Shown piece by piece: positions 1 to 10,754 of a stretch of DNA of 64,000 bases (position 1 is the first letter of the stretch; every line of letters starts with the position of its first letter). The position numbers and the translations under genes are program-made. The stretch is from an uncultured Verrucomicrobiales bacterium (GTDB lineage Bacteria; Verrucomicrobiota; Verrucomicrobiia; Verrucomicrobiales; Akkermansiaceae). The stretch lies in the NCBI GenBank assembly GCA_964561965.1, contig CAZLQY010000002.1, positions 50,421 through 114,420 of the forward strand, read 5' to 3'. The notes below the pieces were generated by a model that was given only the letters and a program-made list of their open reading frames with translations, made no database searches and was not told the origin of the DNA.

Positions 1-1682
1 CCGACATGATCAGGAAACGCCCGTAAAACAGCTTCAGACACCTCTGTATGCCTCATTGTGAAATCCACGTCACGAGATGGCCAACCACGTGCTTGCACCA
101 CCTCTTGTAGCTGAGAGAGGGCCTGATCGACATCTTTTGCCGCTCTTGCCATAATCCCAGCATTCTCACACCGAGATATTTGAAACTTCATTTGCCGGGC
201 TGTTGCAAAAGCTCGGTATTCTGCCTCGAAGTCACTTCTATCATCCTCATAGATATACGCATTTTTTCCTACTGCGCCTCCTCGTTTACTCAATAAACTA
301 TCACCTTGGCATAGAGCGGCTATAAACAATACTTCACTTAGGCAATCTAACTCGGCACCAGCTACTAACATCCTGGCAAACCGAGGGTGTAGAGGGAACT
401 TTAATAATCTGGCGCCAAGACCTGTAAGCACTTCATGATTCGCCTCTAGCGCGCCTAAATCTGTCAATAACTCTAGCGCCTGTCTATACCTCGTTTCCTC
501 TGGAGGCTCGACCCAAGGAAAACTCTGTAACTGGCCCTCTACCCTACTCTGATAATGCGCCACAGTTAGCAGCGGTTCACTGAGCTCAACACGGTGTACC
601 TCTGGTGTTTCAAACTCAGGTCGATTGGCATGATGATGCTCACTCCACAAGCGATAACAAACCCCTGCTGCTGTGCGGCCCGCCCTTCCCGCTCTCTGCT
701 GCGCTGAGGCACGTGAGATAGGCTCTATCATCAGGGAATCTAATCCGCGGTTGGCATCAAACCGTGCAATGCGGGCCAAGCCAGAATCGATCACCACAGA
801 AACACCGTCAATTGTCAGCGATGTCTCCGCAACGTTGGTAGCAACGATTACCCGAAGCTCACCACGGCGCCCTATGACGGCCATATCCTGCTTTTCTGCA
901 GGTAACGAGCTATACAAAGGATAAATGCCATAATCTTTCGTCTCTTTCAGGTGCTCCAAACACTCAACACAACGCCTAATTTCATACACACCAGGTAAGA
1001 AAATAAGTATATGGCCAGCCGGCTCATTGACAATAGCCTGACGGCAGACTTTAGCGCAACGGTCCCAAATAGCTTCCACTCTTCGCTTCTGCATCTTATT
1101 CACTATCGGCACAGGCACGTAATTCACATCCACAGGGAAACTTCTCCCTTCAGACTCCAGTAAGCGACAAGGGGATAAGTAATCAGCTAATAACGAACTA
1201 TCGAGGGTCGCTGACATCACGCATAGTTTAAGATCCGGACGCTTGCCCTGCTGTAATGCCACACATTTGGCCAAAGAAATATCCGAGGTAATCCTGCGTT
1301 CGTGAAATTCATCAAACACGACACATTCTACCTTACGTAAGGAACAATCCTCGATTAATAGACGTTGCAGCACTCCATCAGTCACAAACAAAATCCGAGT
1401 CTGAGCACTTCGTTTCGAATCATGGCGCACTGTGTAACCTACAGTCTTTCCAACTGCTTCTCCACACATACTCGCCACTCTATGGGCCAACATTCTTGCC
1501 GCAATACGCCTTGGCTGCACAACAATGATCAAACCCTGTGTTTGCTCCAAGAGCATCGGGGCTATGCCTGTTGACTTACCGGAGCCGGTAGGGGCCTTCA
1601 ATAAGACGCGCCAAGGTTCTCCTGAATGAAAAGGCTCCAGCAAGCGGGCCTTTAACTCATGCACTCTTAAATCACTCAGCAT
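1..1682 (-). CDS. hrpB: ATP-dependent DEAH-box helicase HrpB-like; N-terminal ~560 codons only (C-terminus lies beyond the window start)
   Basis: Absent from the ORF track because no stop falls inside the window. My minus-strand translation from the ATG at 1682-1680 gives MLSDLRVHELKARLLEPF...KAPTGSGKST (Walker A). It continues with VVFDEFHER (DEAH box), TNVAETSLTIDGV and QRAGRAGR helicase motifs. Confidence 0.85.
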   Translation of the reverse strand, partial: MLSDLRVHELKARLLEPFHSGEPWRVLLKAPTGSGKSTGIAPMLLEQTQGLIIVVQPRRIAARMLAHRVASMCGEAVGKTVGYTVRHDSKRSAQTRILFVTDGVLQRLLIEDCSLRKVECVVFDEFHERRITSDISLAKCVALQQGKRPDLKLCVMSATLDSSLLADYLSPCRLLESEGRSFPVDVNYVPVPIVNKMQKRRVEAIWDRCAKVCRQAIVNEPAGHILIFLPGVYEIRRCVECLEHLKETKDYGIYPLYSSLPAEKQDMAVIGRRGELRVIVATNVAETSLTIDGVSVVIDSGLARIARFDANRGLDSLMIEPISRASAQQRAGRAGRTAAGVCYRLWSEHHHANRPEFETPEVHRVELSEPLLTVAHYQSRVEGQLQSFPWVEPPEETRYRQALELLTDLGALEANHEVLTGLGARLLKFPLHPRFARMLVAGAELDCLSEVLFIAALCQGDSLLSKRGGAVGKNAYIYEDDRSDFEAEYRAFATARQMKFQISRCENAGIMARAAKDVDQALSQLQEVVQARGWPSRDVDFTMRHTEVSEAVLRAFPDHV

Positions 1683-1711
1683 AAAGCAAAGAAAAGGAAA
1701 CTCTTAGCCAA

Positions 1712-2176
1712 CTAAGAAGAATGATCTAAGTGCGCTATGATGGCAGGGATGGCTTGGGCAAAGACAGAGCCTGTTTGTTGATACGCAGAAAACCCCATGC
1801 CAATAGGATCTGGCACATCCATCCCTCTCCCTCCATCCTCTGGTAAATGATCACAGACTAATTGGCACTTGGAGCGAAACTCAGGAAAGGCATCCACCAA
1901 TGTCGATAAGTGGCTCTGTGTCATCGCATAGATATGCGTCGCTTCTTGTAAGATATCCGCCGTCACCATTCTACTGGAGAAATGAGGTAATGATACTTCT
2001 GCGGAAGCTAAAAGGTGAGCTGTCTCCTCACTCATTTTATCTCCATTATAGGCTGCCACTCCGGCTGACCCTATACATTCTAGCTCAGAACTCCCTTGAA
2101 TCGCTTTACGAAAAAACCCCTCAGCCATAGGGCTACGGCAAGTGTTTCCTGTACAAATGAATAGAACCTTCTTCAT
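1712..2176 (-). CDS. Low-molecular-weight protein-tyrosine phosphatase / arsenate-reductase-fold protein
   Basis: P-loop CTGNTCRS (CX5R-S) sits right after MKKVLFI, and there is a DVPDP Asp-Pro motif. The tracked ORF begins at a TTG (2212); the ATG at 2176 (MKKVLFIC) is the more likely start. Confidence 0.85.
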   Translation of the reverse strand: MKKVLFICTGNTCRSPMAEGFFRKAIQGSSELECIGSAGVAAYNGDKMSEETAHLLASAEVSLPHFSSRMVTADILQEATHIYAMTQSHLSTLVDAFPEFRSKCQLVCDHLPEDGGRGMDVPDPIGMGFSAYQQTGSVFAQAIPAIIAHLDHSS

Positions 2177-2208
2177 GAAAAAGAGAGTGATCGTAGATGT
2201 TGGCAGCG

Positions 2209-3150
2209 TCAAGGATTCCCCATAGGCAGCATAGATCGAACAGCCTTAACATCACTCATAATTTGATTCTGTAATTCAGAAATAGAATCAAACTTCCTCT
2301 CTGAGCGTAAAAACCCCCCGAATCGAACTTCCACAGCTAACTCGTAAAGATCCTTATGAAAATCAAACAAATGCACTTCTAACAACCGTGCTGCGTCCTT
2401 CTCTTCTACAGTAGGTCTAAGCCCCAAATTACCAATTCCAGCATACCACTGAGTACCGACAGACACGAGAACCTGCCATACACCGTCAGGTGGTAACTGC
2501 TCATTCTGTACAGAAATATTTGCTGTAGGGAACCCCAGAGTTCTCGCTAACTGGCGACCTTCCTCTACCTTGCCATAGACAGAATATGCTCTGCCTAACA
2601 TTGCAGAGGCCCCTTTAATATTTCCATCGCGTATCGCTTGGCGTATTCTCGTACTACTCACCCGCTCACCCTCAGCCCGGACTGGAGGTGCTGCCGTCAC
2701 GGCAAAGTCCAGCTTCTCCCCCCATACCTTAAGAGTGTTAATATTTCCTCCTCGGCCTTTCCCGAACTGCCAATCTTCCCCTACCGATATGCTGCGAAGA
2801 TCAAAAGCGTTCACGTTTAAAGCCTGAATAAACTCTAACGCCTCATTCGCCGCAAATTTCTTCGTGAAAGCTTGTACACAAAACAAATCAACACCTATCG
2901 ATTCTAGTAATCTTTGCTTATGTTCTACAGAAGCTAGAATTCTGCGAGGAGCTCTCTCTGGAGCCAGTACTCGGATAGGGTGAGGCTCAAAGGTTAACAC
3001 ACCAGCAATACCACCACTGATAGATGCCGCGGTGACGGCTAGATCAATCACAGCTTGATGCCCTACATGCACACCGTCAAATACTCCTAACGCTAAGTGC
3101 AAAGGGCGTTTGACAGAAGCTAATTCTTCTATGCTATGAATAAAAATCAC
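2209..3150 (-). CDS. ribF: Bifunctional riboflavin kinase / FMN adenylyltransferase
   Basis: N-terminal GVFDGVHVGHQ nucleotidyltransferase motif. C-terminal riboflavin kinase region (GFPTANI, RPT...LEVHLFDF). 313 aa, GTG start. Confidence 0.9.
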   Translation of the reverse strand: MIFIHSIEELASVKRPLHLALGVFDGVHVGHQAVIDLAVTAASISGGIAGVLTFEPHPIRVLAPERAPRRILASVEHKQRLLESIGVDLFCVQAFTKKFAANEALEFIQALNVNAFDLRSISVGEDWQFGKGRGGNINTLKVWGEKLDFAVTAAPPVRAEGERVSSTRIRQAIRDGNIKGASAMLGRAYSVYGKVEEGRQLARTLGFPTANISVQNEQLPPDGVWQVLVSVGTQWYAGIGNLGLRPTVEEKDAARLLEVHLFDFHKDLYELAVEVRFGGFLRSERKFDSISELQNQIMSDVKAVRSMLPMGNP

Positions 3151-3158
3151 AAGAAAAC

Positions 3159-4259
3159 TTACGAACTAGAGCCGTTATCAGGAAATAATTCACGGTATTT
3201 AATCGCCTCAGCACCTACCAACAATGCTGTTCCTAGAAGTGTCTCTTCACTCGTTGTTAAAGGAACCTGCGCAGCAGGGCGAGTAAGGCCAAGAATCAAC
3301 TGCCCGTAATGCTGAGCACCGCCAACATGTTGTAATAATTTAAACGAAATATGTGCTGCATCCAGATTAGGAAATACTAGAACATCTGCAGGGTGATCAG
3401 CTCTAGAGTCTTGTAACTTCGTTTCAGCCGCTGCAATATCAAGCGCTACATCTGCCTGTAGCTCACCATCAATATCCATATCCAACATCTCTCTCTCACA
3501 ATAGGCCTTTGCCAAGCTGGTTGCCGCAGCCACCTTCGTCGCAGAAGCACTTCTGTTATTCCCATGCGTAGAGTGGCTCAGAAGGGCGACACGTGGTGCA
3601 CGGCCTAAGAAATGGTGGGCTAATCTACCTGTTTCCACGGCGATATGAGCAAGTTCATCAACTGTTGGCTCAGGAATAAGACCACAATCTGCTAAAAACA
3701 AAATCCCATCACGCCCCATATGCTGTAGATGGGGAGCTACCATGATGATCGCTCCTGAAAGACTCTCCACTCCCTTCTGAGGTTTAATGAAATTTTTCAT
3801 CGCACGGAAAACCGTCCAAGGTTGACTAGCGTTTCCAGCGACGATCCCATCCACCTGGTTATATTGAACCATCATCGCAGCGAAATTATGAGGCTGACTC
3901 ATCATTTCTTCAGGATTGACAATTGTGCGGCCTCTATAACTTTCCACTTTTTCCAGCCTTCTGCAAAAGCGCTCTAAATCAGATGCTTGGTCAGGTTGAA
4001 TCACATTAATAAACTGGAGGCTGATATCCATCGCCTCAGCCATCTCCTGAATTTGCTCTTTATTTCCTAATAAAATAGGGGCGATGGCTTCCATATCTAC
4101 GAGCTTACGAGCAACCCGGATAACGCGCTCATCCTCTCCATCCGTGAAAACGATCCGCTTGGGATGACGTTTCAGCTTTTTAGTGATTTGTAAGGTGTGC
4201 TCGTTGGCCGTAGCGAATGTAACAGGATTAGACATGGTGCAAAGGGAATCTATCAACAA
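3159..4259 (-). CDS. pta: Phosphate acetyltransferase (Pta/PTA_PTB family)
   Basis: DGEDERVIRVARKL near the N-terminus and LVFPNLDAAHISFKLLQ...LGLTRPA near the C-terminus are typical of phosphotransacetylases. An alternative start is MSNPV at 4235. Confidence 0.75.
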   Translation of the reverse strand: MLIDSLCTMSNPVTFATANEHTLQITKKLKRHPKRIVFTDGEDERVIRVARKLVDMEAIAPILLGNKEQIQEMAEAMDISLQFINVIQPDQASDLERFCRRLEKVESYRGRTIVNPEEMMSQPHNFAAMMVQYNQVDGIVAGNASQPWTVFRAMKNFIKPQKGVESLSGAIIMVAPHLQHMGRDGILFLADCGLIPEPTVDELAHIAVETGRLAHHFLGRAPRVALLSHSTHGNNRSASATKVAAATSLAKAYCEREMLDMDIDGELQADVALDIAAAETKLQDSRADHPADVLVFPNLDAAHISFKLLQHVGGAQHYGQLILGLTRPAAQVPLTTSEETLLGTALLVGAEAIKYRELFPDNGSSS

Positions 4260-4287
4260 TGATTAGTAATTCACAACCCTAATTTTC

Positions 4288-5325
4288 CTAAGATTGTTTT
4301 AGCTCTTCTACCTCTTTACGCAATTCACGTAACTCCACCAAGGCCTTCGGCAAACGAGATATACTAGCGTACCTTCTCTGAGCTTCCTTCACTGGATATA
4401 CAGGGAATCCCATGTAAACCTGCCCCCCCTCTAAACTCTTACTCACACCAGTGAGTGCCGACAAAACTGCCTTATCTCCAATTTCTAAGTGACCAGCGAT
4501 CCCCACTTGCCCTGCAACAGTGACATAATTTCCCAATTTCGTACTTCCTGCTATACCACACTGAGAAACTAGTAAGCAGTGTTTTCCAATTTGGACATTA
4601 TGAGCTATCTGCACCAGATTATCAACTTTTGACCCTTCTCCGACTAAGGTCTTTCCAAATCGGGCCCGATCAACCGTCGCATTCGCTCCCACCTCAACAT
4701 CGTTCTCCAAAACAACAATCCCCACTTGATCTATCTTACAATGCCGCCCATCGACAAGATCATAACCGTAGCCATCCGCACCGATGACACAGCCTGGTTG
4801 AAGAATCACCCGGTCACCTAGAATACTATGTTCACGCACCGTTGAATTGGCATGTAAAATACAGTCTTCCCCGATTTTCACATGTTCCCCAATCACAACA
4901 CCTGAACCAATCTCAGAACCATTTCCGATTTCACAGCCCGATTCAATAATCGCGCCAGCACGCACACAGACCTTCTCTCTATCGATTATCACATCATCTG
5001 CCACAATAGCAGATGGGTGAATACCAATAGGAATACTACGTGACCGAATGGAGAGTTTTTCCACTACCATGCCAAATGCAGAACTAGGGTTCTCAACTTC
5101 CACTAAAGTCACATTTTCAGGAACATCAGGTAAATCAGGAGGTACCAAAACCACCCCTGCTTTAGTCTTTAAAAAATCAGAAAAATACTTTTGATTACCC
5201 AGAAAAGAAATATCCAATTCAGAAGCTTCATCCAAAGAAGCCATACCCGTATACTCATCCATCAATCCCTGCTGTAAGAGCGATCCTTGAGTCAATTCCA
5301 TTAATTCGTGTAACGTTAACTTCAC
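4288..5325 (-). CDS. lpxD: UDP-3-O-acylglucosamine N-acyltransferase
   Basis: 345 aa. Long run of hexapeptide (left-handed beta-helix) repeats, LpxD-type N-terminal domain, C-terminal helical tail. GTG start. Confidence 0.9.
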   Translation of the reverse strand: MKLTLHELMELTQGSLLQQGLMDEYTGMASLDEASELDISFLGNQKYFSDFLKTKAGVVLVPPDLPDVPENVTLVEVENPSSAFGMVVEKLSIRSRSIPIGIHPSAIVADDVIIDREKVCVRAGAIIESGCEIGNGSEIGSGVVIGEHVKIGEDCILHANSTVREHSILGDRVILQPGCVIGADGYGYDLVDGRHCKIDQVGIVVLENDVEVGANATVDRARFGKTLVGEGSKVDNLVQIAHNVQIGKHCLLVSQCGIAGSTKLGNYVTVAGQVGIAGHLEIGDKAVLSALTGVSKSLEGGQVYMGFPVYPVKEAQRRYASISRLPKALVELRELRKEVEELKQS

Positions 5326-5494
5326 GGTCTATTTCTGCATTATACTCCAAAGTTTGTCAGTTTAATTTTCCAGACTTCATCAGACAAATTTAGAAAACGT
5401 AAAATAATCTGATGAACATTCATTTTCGTGTCGCTTCTTTCTCCGTACTAGCAATTATCCATCCATATTATCACGAATAATTAATCTTCTATCT

Positions 5495-6451
5495 ATGAAA
5501 TTATTTAATGCCACCGCTATCACCGTTGCAGCTGTCACCAGCCTTCTTCAAGCTCAAAGCCTTACTGAGATCTTAGCTCCCTTTGAGACCCGCCAACAAA
5601 AAATTCAAAGTGATATACAGGAAGCCGTCAAGCCGTTTGAAGATAAAATCAAGGACCTCGCTACAGAGCAAATTACGGTCGTCTCCGAATACATTCGTTC
5701 CAATACCGATGCTCCAGACCGCCTAGGAGCAATTCGCCAATTACATCAACTTTCTCAAATGGCTCAAGCACCTAATGCACTCAATGAGTTCTATGGAGAA
5801 TGGATGAACATGCTGAACAAAGAAGACACTGTTGATCCTAGAGAACTATCCTTCGTCGCCGGACAAGCAGTGAGACAAACTCTAAGCTCTGATGGGCGTG
5901 AAGCCGCACAGTCCATGCTGACTGAAACATTGACTCCCATCATCACAGCGAAAGCTCCACAACACGGCACTCAAATTATCCAACAAATTCAAGGATCCAT
6001 TAAAACACCTCTCGCAGGGGAAAAGATCGAACTAAGCTTCACCTCTATGAGTGGTAAACAAATCGATCTCAAAGACTACTTAGGGAAAGTAGTGCTCATT
6101 GATTTCTGGGCTACATGGTGTGGGCCTTGCATCGCAGAACTACCCAATGTCAAAGAAGTTTACGATACGTATCATGAGCAAGGGTTTGAAATTTTAGCGA
6201 TCTCATTAGATGGCGGTGAAACCCCATTGGAAGAAACAAAAGCGACCGTAGAAACATTCCTCAAGAAACACGATATTACTTGGGAAAACAAACTGTCTGG
6301 AAAAGGCTGGAAAGAAGAATTAGCTGTAAAATTTAACGTCACAGGAATTCCAGCTACATTTCTTATAGGGAAAGACGGCAATATCGCTGCTGTCAACCTT
6401 CGTGGTTCAGAAGCCTTAACAGAAGCAATTAAGACTGAATTAGCCAAATAA
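5495..6451 (+). CDS. Secreted TlpA/ResA-like thiol-disulfide oxidoreductase with a long helical N-terminal region
   Basis: Signal peptide MKLFNATAITVAAVTSLLQAQS. C-terminal thioredoxin fold with GKVVLIDFWATWCGPC. Confidence 0.8.
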   Translation: MKLFNATAITVAAVTSLLQAQSLTEILAPFETRQQKIQSDIQEAVKPFEDKIKDLATEQITVVSEYIRSNTDAPDRLGAIRQLHQLSQMAQAPNALNEFYGEWMNMLNKEDTVDPRELSFVAGQAVRQTLSSDGREAAQSMLTETLTPIITAKAPQHGTQIIQQIQGSIKTPLAGEKIELSFTSMSGKQIDLKDYLGKVVLIDFWATWCGPCIAELPNVKEVYDTYHEQGFEILAISLDGGETPLEETKATVETFLKKHDITWENKLSGKGWKEELAVKFNVTGIPATFLIGKDGNIAAVNLRGSEALTEAIKTELAK

Positions 6452-6589
6452 GGCAACACGGCTTTTCTTCGCTTCACTAGCTCCAGCTTCCCTCCCACTC
6501 CCAGATCTCAACTCTCACTTGTAGACAGCGCCTTCTTTGTCGTTTCGATTCTAATCGCTACAAATGCTTCGATATTAGAGCTACAGCAA

Positions 6590-7048
6590 TTAAAACGCTT
6601 CTCGTACAAGAGTCAGATCTGGGTACTTCCCTTCCTCTAAAATAACCTCTACCACATCAAAGCGCCACACCATATCTCTACGCCCCAGTAACGTCAACCA
6701 AGCTTGAGCTCCCCTCTCGATGAGTGCTTGTTTTTCTAGATTCACAGCATCCAGGGGTCTGCCTTTCCCCTTCTTTCGTCTCGTCTTTACTTCAATAAAG
6801 ACAAGACTCTCTCCCTCTCTTGCTACAAGGTCCAGCTCCCCTCCTTTGGGCCCTCGGTAATTAGAATACAAAATTTTAAAACCTAGAGACTTTAGATAGA
6901 CTGCTGCTATTTTTTCTCCCAAGGCCCCTACTTCAATATGGGATAACGCAGTAATAGAATGCCTAAGACCGTAGCCTTTTCTCAGAACAGGATGATACCG
7001 ATAAACAATCGAAAATAGCTTATTCACCAATCCAAGTTTATTCACCAA
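6590..7048 (-). CDS. yraN: YraN/UPF0102 family endonuclease-like protein
   Basis: Core GELDLVAREGESLVFIEVKTRR (D...E-V-K, PD-(D/E)XK-like) and RFDVVEV near the C-terminus. Overlaps the upstream gene by 11 nt. Confidence 0.75.
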   Translation of the reverse strand: MVNKLGLVNKLFSIVYRYHPVLRKGYGLRHSITALSHIEVGALGEKIAAVYLKSLGFKILYSNYRGPKGGELDLVAREGESLVFIEVKTRRKKGKGRPLDAVNLEKQALIERGAQAWLTLLGRRDMVWRFDVVEVILEEGKYPDLTLVREAF

Positions 7049-7676
7049 TACGGTAAGGCTTTATCGAGAAACGCTTAGAAAACATCCAACAAGCCGTCGC
7101 CAAGCCCCCTCCCGTCACTAAATCAATCAAAAGGTGCTGCCTAAGTGCAATCGTAGACCAAAGTATACCCAATACCCATAACCAGATGAAGCAGCGATAC
7201 CATTTCTGAGCGCCACCCCACAAAGCCAAACCTGCAATAACAGATAAGGAGGCATGCAAAGAAGGTGCGGCATTCACCGGAGCATCAACTCCAACAACGG
7301 CAGAATACAACCAGTGCTCACTACTATCCAAGCCAACCCTAGAAACACCAGTAGGATAAAGCATATAGCATGCATGAGAAAACAGAGCCGTCCACGCGAC
7401 TGAAGTGACATACCTCAAATAACGTGTGTATTCTAACCTGAGGCCAGCCCAGATTAACAGAGCGTAAAAAGAGACATAAAACCATATGGAATCAAAATTC
7501 ACAGGAATAGCTCTCTCAATCGCACTGATCTTCAGCCAATGAATCTCTCCTAAATCACCCCGCATCGTAGCACGCTGAATGAGCATATATGGGGCTATCA
7601 CCCAAATAATGAGTAAGCTTCCTGAGCAAGCCCTACGCCAGAAACTGTCCTTATAAGCTTTTGTCTCTTTCTCCAT
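7038..7676 (-). CDS. Polytopic membrane protein, PAP2-superfamily-like (PAP2_C/AUR1-like motifs)
   Basis: Multiple hydrophobic helices. PSLH (compare PSGH) and RQHLLIDLVTGGG (compare H-x3-D-x3-G) resemble PAP2 C2/C3 motifs. Assignment is by eye only. Confidence 0.5.
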   Translation of the reverse strand: MEKETKAYKDSFWRRACSGSLLIIWVIAPYMLIQRATMRGDLGEIHWLKISAIERAIPVNFDSIWFYVSFYALLIWAGLRLEYTRYLRYVTSVAWTALFSHACYMLYPTGVSRVGLDSSEHWLYSAVVGVDAPVNAAPSLHASLSVIAGLALWGGAQKWYRCFIWLWVLGILWSTIALRQHLLIDLVTGGGLATACWMFSKRFSIKPYRIGE

Positions 7677-8197
7677 TAGATTTTTTTACCCGAAGTGATC
7701 GAAGAAAACGACCGCGTCGCCCCAACCATAATTCCTAACCCACCTACAGCAAACAATGCTGGGAACCAAATACTATAACCAGCAGCCTTTGTATCATGCT
7801 CTAAAATTGCAATTTCAGGTAAAGCAGGATTCACAAAGCAGATTGTACTGAGACCTTCTGGATACTTTTCAACACATTCATCAACGTCGGAACGATGCTG
7901 GCCCCACTTAGAACCACGGGGAGTATGTAGCTTACTAACATATTCCTTACCCTCATAATAATAACGATAAGCAACATGCCAACGGAACTCCGTATTCGCC
8001 CCTAACAACTGACGTTCTTCAGGGCGAGACGATGTCACCCTAGCCTCAACTTCCGCCCAAGTCCGAGTAGCACTAGCTCTGGAAAAACTAGACCACAACA
8101 ACCAACAAAACCCACTGCCAAGTAACAATAAAAAGAGCCCCATCATAAAGAGAAAGACTGCTCCTCCACGGCTAGCACTTGGAGTATTGGGTGTCAT
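7676..8197 (-). CDS. Membrane protein, DUF3592-like (TM - beta-rich domain - TM)
   Basis: 173 aa. N-terminal TM (VFLFMMGLFLLLLGSGFCWLLW) and C-terminal TM (IWFPALFAVGGLGIMVGA) flank a soluble domain. Family name is tentative. Confidence 0.4.
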   Translation of the reverse strand: MTPNTPSASRGGAVFLFMMGLFLLLLGSGFCWLLWSSFSRASATRTWAEVEARVTSSRPEERQLLGANTEFRWHVAYRYYYEGKEYVSKLHTPRGSKWGQHRSDVDECVEKYPEGLSTICFVNPALPEIAILEHDTKAAGYSIWFPALFAVGGLGIMVGATRSFSSITSGKKI

Positions 8198-8207
8198 AAA
8201 AGTTTAC

Positions 8208-8570
8208 TTATTCCTCTTCTGCATCAGGATTTGCCATAGGAATATCTGCTACCTCATCTAGAAGATTAATCATGTCTACTCCGCGCTCAGCAGAGTGGTC
8301 AACGCGGAAATCTAACACGGGAGTGACCCGTATCGTTAATCTCTTTGAAATATGACGCTGAACAATGGCTCGTTTCTTATTCAGCTTCTCAATCACAGTT
8401 TTAGGGTGACCACCTAAAACACTAACAAAAACTTTGGCTTCCCTGAGATCTTGAGTAATTTCTGCGCCACTGATCGTGACGAGACAATTGGAGAACTCAA
8501 ACTCACGCTGCACAACCGTTCCTATCTCGCGCCGTAGAAGCTCGTTGATTCTGTCTAATCGCTGGGACAA
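8208..8570 (-). CDS. rbfA: Ribosome-binding factor A
   Basis: 120 aa. RINELLRREIGTVV start and KH-like core. Lies immediately downstream of infB. Confidence 0.9.
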   Translation of the reverse strand: MSQRLDRINELLRREIGTVVQREFEFSNCLVTISGAEITQDLREAKVFVSVLGGHPKTVIEKLNKKRAIVQRHISKRLTIRVTPVLDFRVDHSAERGVDMINLLDEVADIPMANPDAEEE

Positions 8571-8579
8571 AGTTTTAGA

Positions 8580-10700
8580 TTATAACGTTTGTTCAATTTT
8601 CTCGAGATTGTAGCACTCGATGATGTCTCCCTCTTCGTAATCATTGAAGTCACCGAGGCGAATACCACACTCGATGCCTTGCTTGACTTCTTGAACTTCA
8701 TCTTGGAAACGACGAAGTGTTGACATCTTACCATCAAAGACAGGAATACCATCGCGAAGAACACGTGCGTGTGCCTTGCGAGTCACTTTACCGTCCTTAA
8801 TCAAACAGCCGCCAGCTTTCCCTTTGTAAACCTTAAATACCTGCTTCACCTCTGCATGCCCTATAATAGATTCACGCGTCTCAGGCTCCAGTAGACCAAG
8901 CATACTATCGCGGACAGTATCTAATAATTCATAGACGATCGAATATAGTTTAATTTGAACACCTTCTGATTTAGCAGCCCGTACAGCCTTCGCTTCCACT
9001 TTCGTATTAAAGCCCATTACGATGGCATCGGAAGAACTAGCTAAAAGAATATCACTCTCTGTAATCGTACCTGCAGCGGAGTGAAGAAACTTAGTCTCCA
9101 CTTTTTCGGATTCAATTTCATTGACGGCGTTTGTAATTGCACCGACAGAGCCTTGAACATCTGTCTTCAAAACTAGTCGTAAGACAGCCTTGTGATCAAC
9201 CTCAGTCACATGCGATAAGAGATCCTCGATCCGCGCCTTCTTCGGAGAAGATAAGCGGCTTTGGCGTAGTTCAGACTGACGCTCTTCAGAAAGTTTCTTT
9301 GCTGCGCGTTCATTCTTCATCTCTACCAGCTCATCACCTACATTTGGTAGTTCCACAAAGCCCAATACCTCGACAGGAGATCCCGGCCCAGCTTCTGTAA
9401 TCTGGTTCCCCCAGTCATCAAGCATCGATTTCACTTTACCAGCAAATGGACCACAGATGAAAGGTCTGCCTTTCTTCAACGTTCCAGCTTCGATAATAAC
9501 GGAAGCGGTAGCACCTTTTCCTGCCTGAACTTTAGCTTCAATAATCTTCGCACGGGCATTGGCACGTGGATTGGCCTTTAATTCAAGCACTTCTGCTTGA
9601 AGGGCCATCAACTCCAGTAGATCATTCATGCCTTGGCCAGTAACAGCGGAAACTTCAATACACTCGATCTCTCCTCCAAAATCAACTGGCACAAGTTCAT
9701 GCTCCATTAACTGAGTTTTGACACGCATCGGGTCTGCGCCTTCCTTGTCACACTTATTGATGGCGACAATGATGGTTTTCTCTGCAGCTTTCGCATGAGC
9801 AATCGCTTCTTTTGTCTGAGGCATAATACCATCATCAGCAGCGACAACTAATACAACAATGTCAGTAATGTTAGCACCACGTGCACGCATTGCAGAGAAC
9901 ACGGAGTGCCCAGGAGTATCTAAAAACGTAATTGGGCGGCCAAGTTCATCACGCACTAAGTATGCACCTATATGCTGTGTGATTCCACCAGCCTCACCTG
10001 AAGCGACGCGCGCCTTGCGGAGGTAATCCAGAATTGATGTCTTACCGTGATCGACGTGCCCCATGAATGTGATGATGGGTGGACGAAGTTCTAATTTATC
10101 TTCAGACTCATTAACTTCAGGATCAGGCTCTTTGAGAACCTTCACTTTTTTATGAACACCAGCTCCTTTTTCACGTTTCTCACGCTCAAATTTAAAGCCG
10201 TGAGTTTCACAAAGTTTTTCAGCGATTTCAGGCTCAATCGCCTGAGTCGGTGCGACAAAGACTTCCAGCTTGATAAGATCAGCCATTAACTGGAATGGCT
10301 TTAATCCCATCGCTTCCGCAAGATCAGCTACAATAATTGGTGGCTTTAAGCAAATCAACTTACTCTCATCCACAACCTCCACTTCTTTCTCCGCTGGAGT
10401 GTTTGTAGGCTTCTTAGCTTCTGATGCGACAAATTCCATATCCTTTTCACTACGATTAACTTTGCTAATCGTAGGAAGAACAGAGCCTTTAGCCACCGCC
10501 TGCTTTTTAATGCCAGAGGTTTTCTTCTTACCGTCCTCAGAGAAAATATCAAGTGCCTCCTTCTTCTTCTTATCCACTGAGAGTGGTGCTTCCGCAGCCT
10601 TTTGACGACGTTTTTCACGACGTGAAGGTTTATTGGAATCATCGAGAAGATCGAGAACCTCTTTTTTCTTTGGGGTAGTGCTTTCTTTTTTATCAGCCAT
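8580..10700 (-). CDS. infB: Translation initiation factor IF-2
   Basis: K/E-rich N-terminus. G domain [22 protein letters not shown]-terminal IF2 domains. 706 aa. Confidence 0.95.
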   Translation of the reverse strand: MADKKESTTPKKKEVLDLLDDSNKPSRREKRRQKAAEAPLSVDKKKKEALDIFSEDGKKKTSGIKKQAVAKGSVLPTISKVNRSEKDMEFVASEAKKPTNTPAEKEVEVVDESKLICLKPPIIVADLAEAMGLKPFQLMADLIKLEVFVAPTQAIEPEIAEKLCETHGFKFEREKREKGAGVHKKVKVLKEPDPEVNESEDKLELRPPIITFMGHVDHGKTSILDYLRKARVASGEAGGITQHIGAYLVRDELGRPITFLDTPGHSVFSAMRARGANITDIVVLVVAADDGIMPQTKEAIAHAKAAEKTIIVAINKCDKEGADPMRVKTQLMEHELVPVDFGGEIECIEVSAVTGQGMNDLLELMALQAEVLELKANPRANARAKIIEAKVQAGKGATASVIIEAGTLKKGRPFICGPFAGKVKSMLDDWGNQITEAGPGSPVEVLGFVELPNVGDELVEMKNERAAKKLSEERQSELRQSRLSSPKKARIEDLLSHVTEVDHKAVLRLVLKTDVQGSVGAITNAVNEIESEKVETKFLHSAAGTITESDILLASSSDAIVMGFNTKVEAKAVRAAKSEGVQIKLYSIVYELLDTVRDSMLGLLEPETRESIIGHAEVKQVFKVYKGKAGGCLIKDGKVTRKAHARVLRDGIPVFDGKMSTLRRFQDEVQEVKQGIECGIRLGDFNDYEEGDIIECYNLEKIEQTL

Positions 10701-10754
10701 GTATTGGGCTCAGAATATAGTTTATGTAGGGAGGAATGCGGAAAGGATAATATT

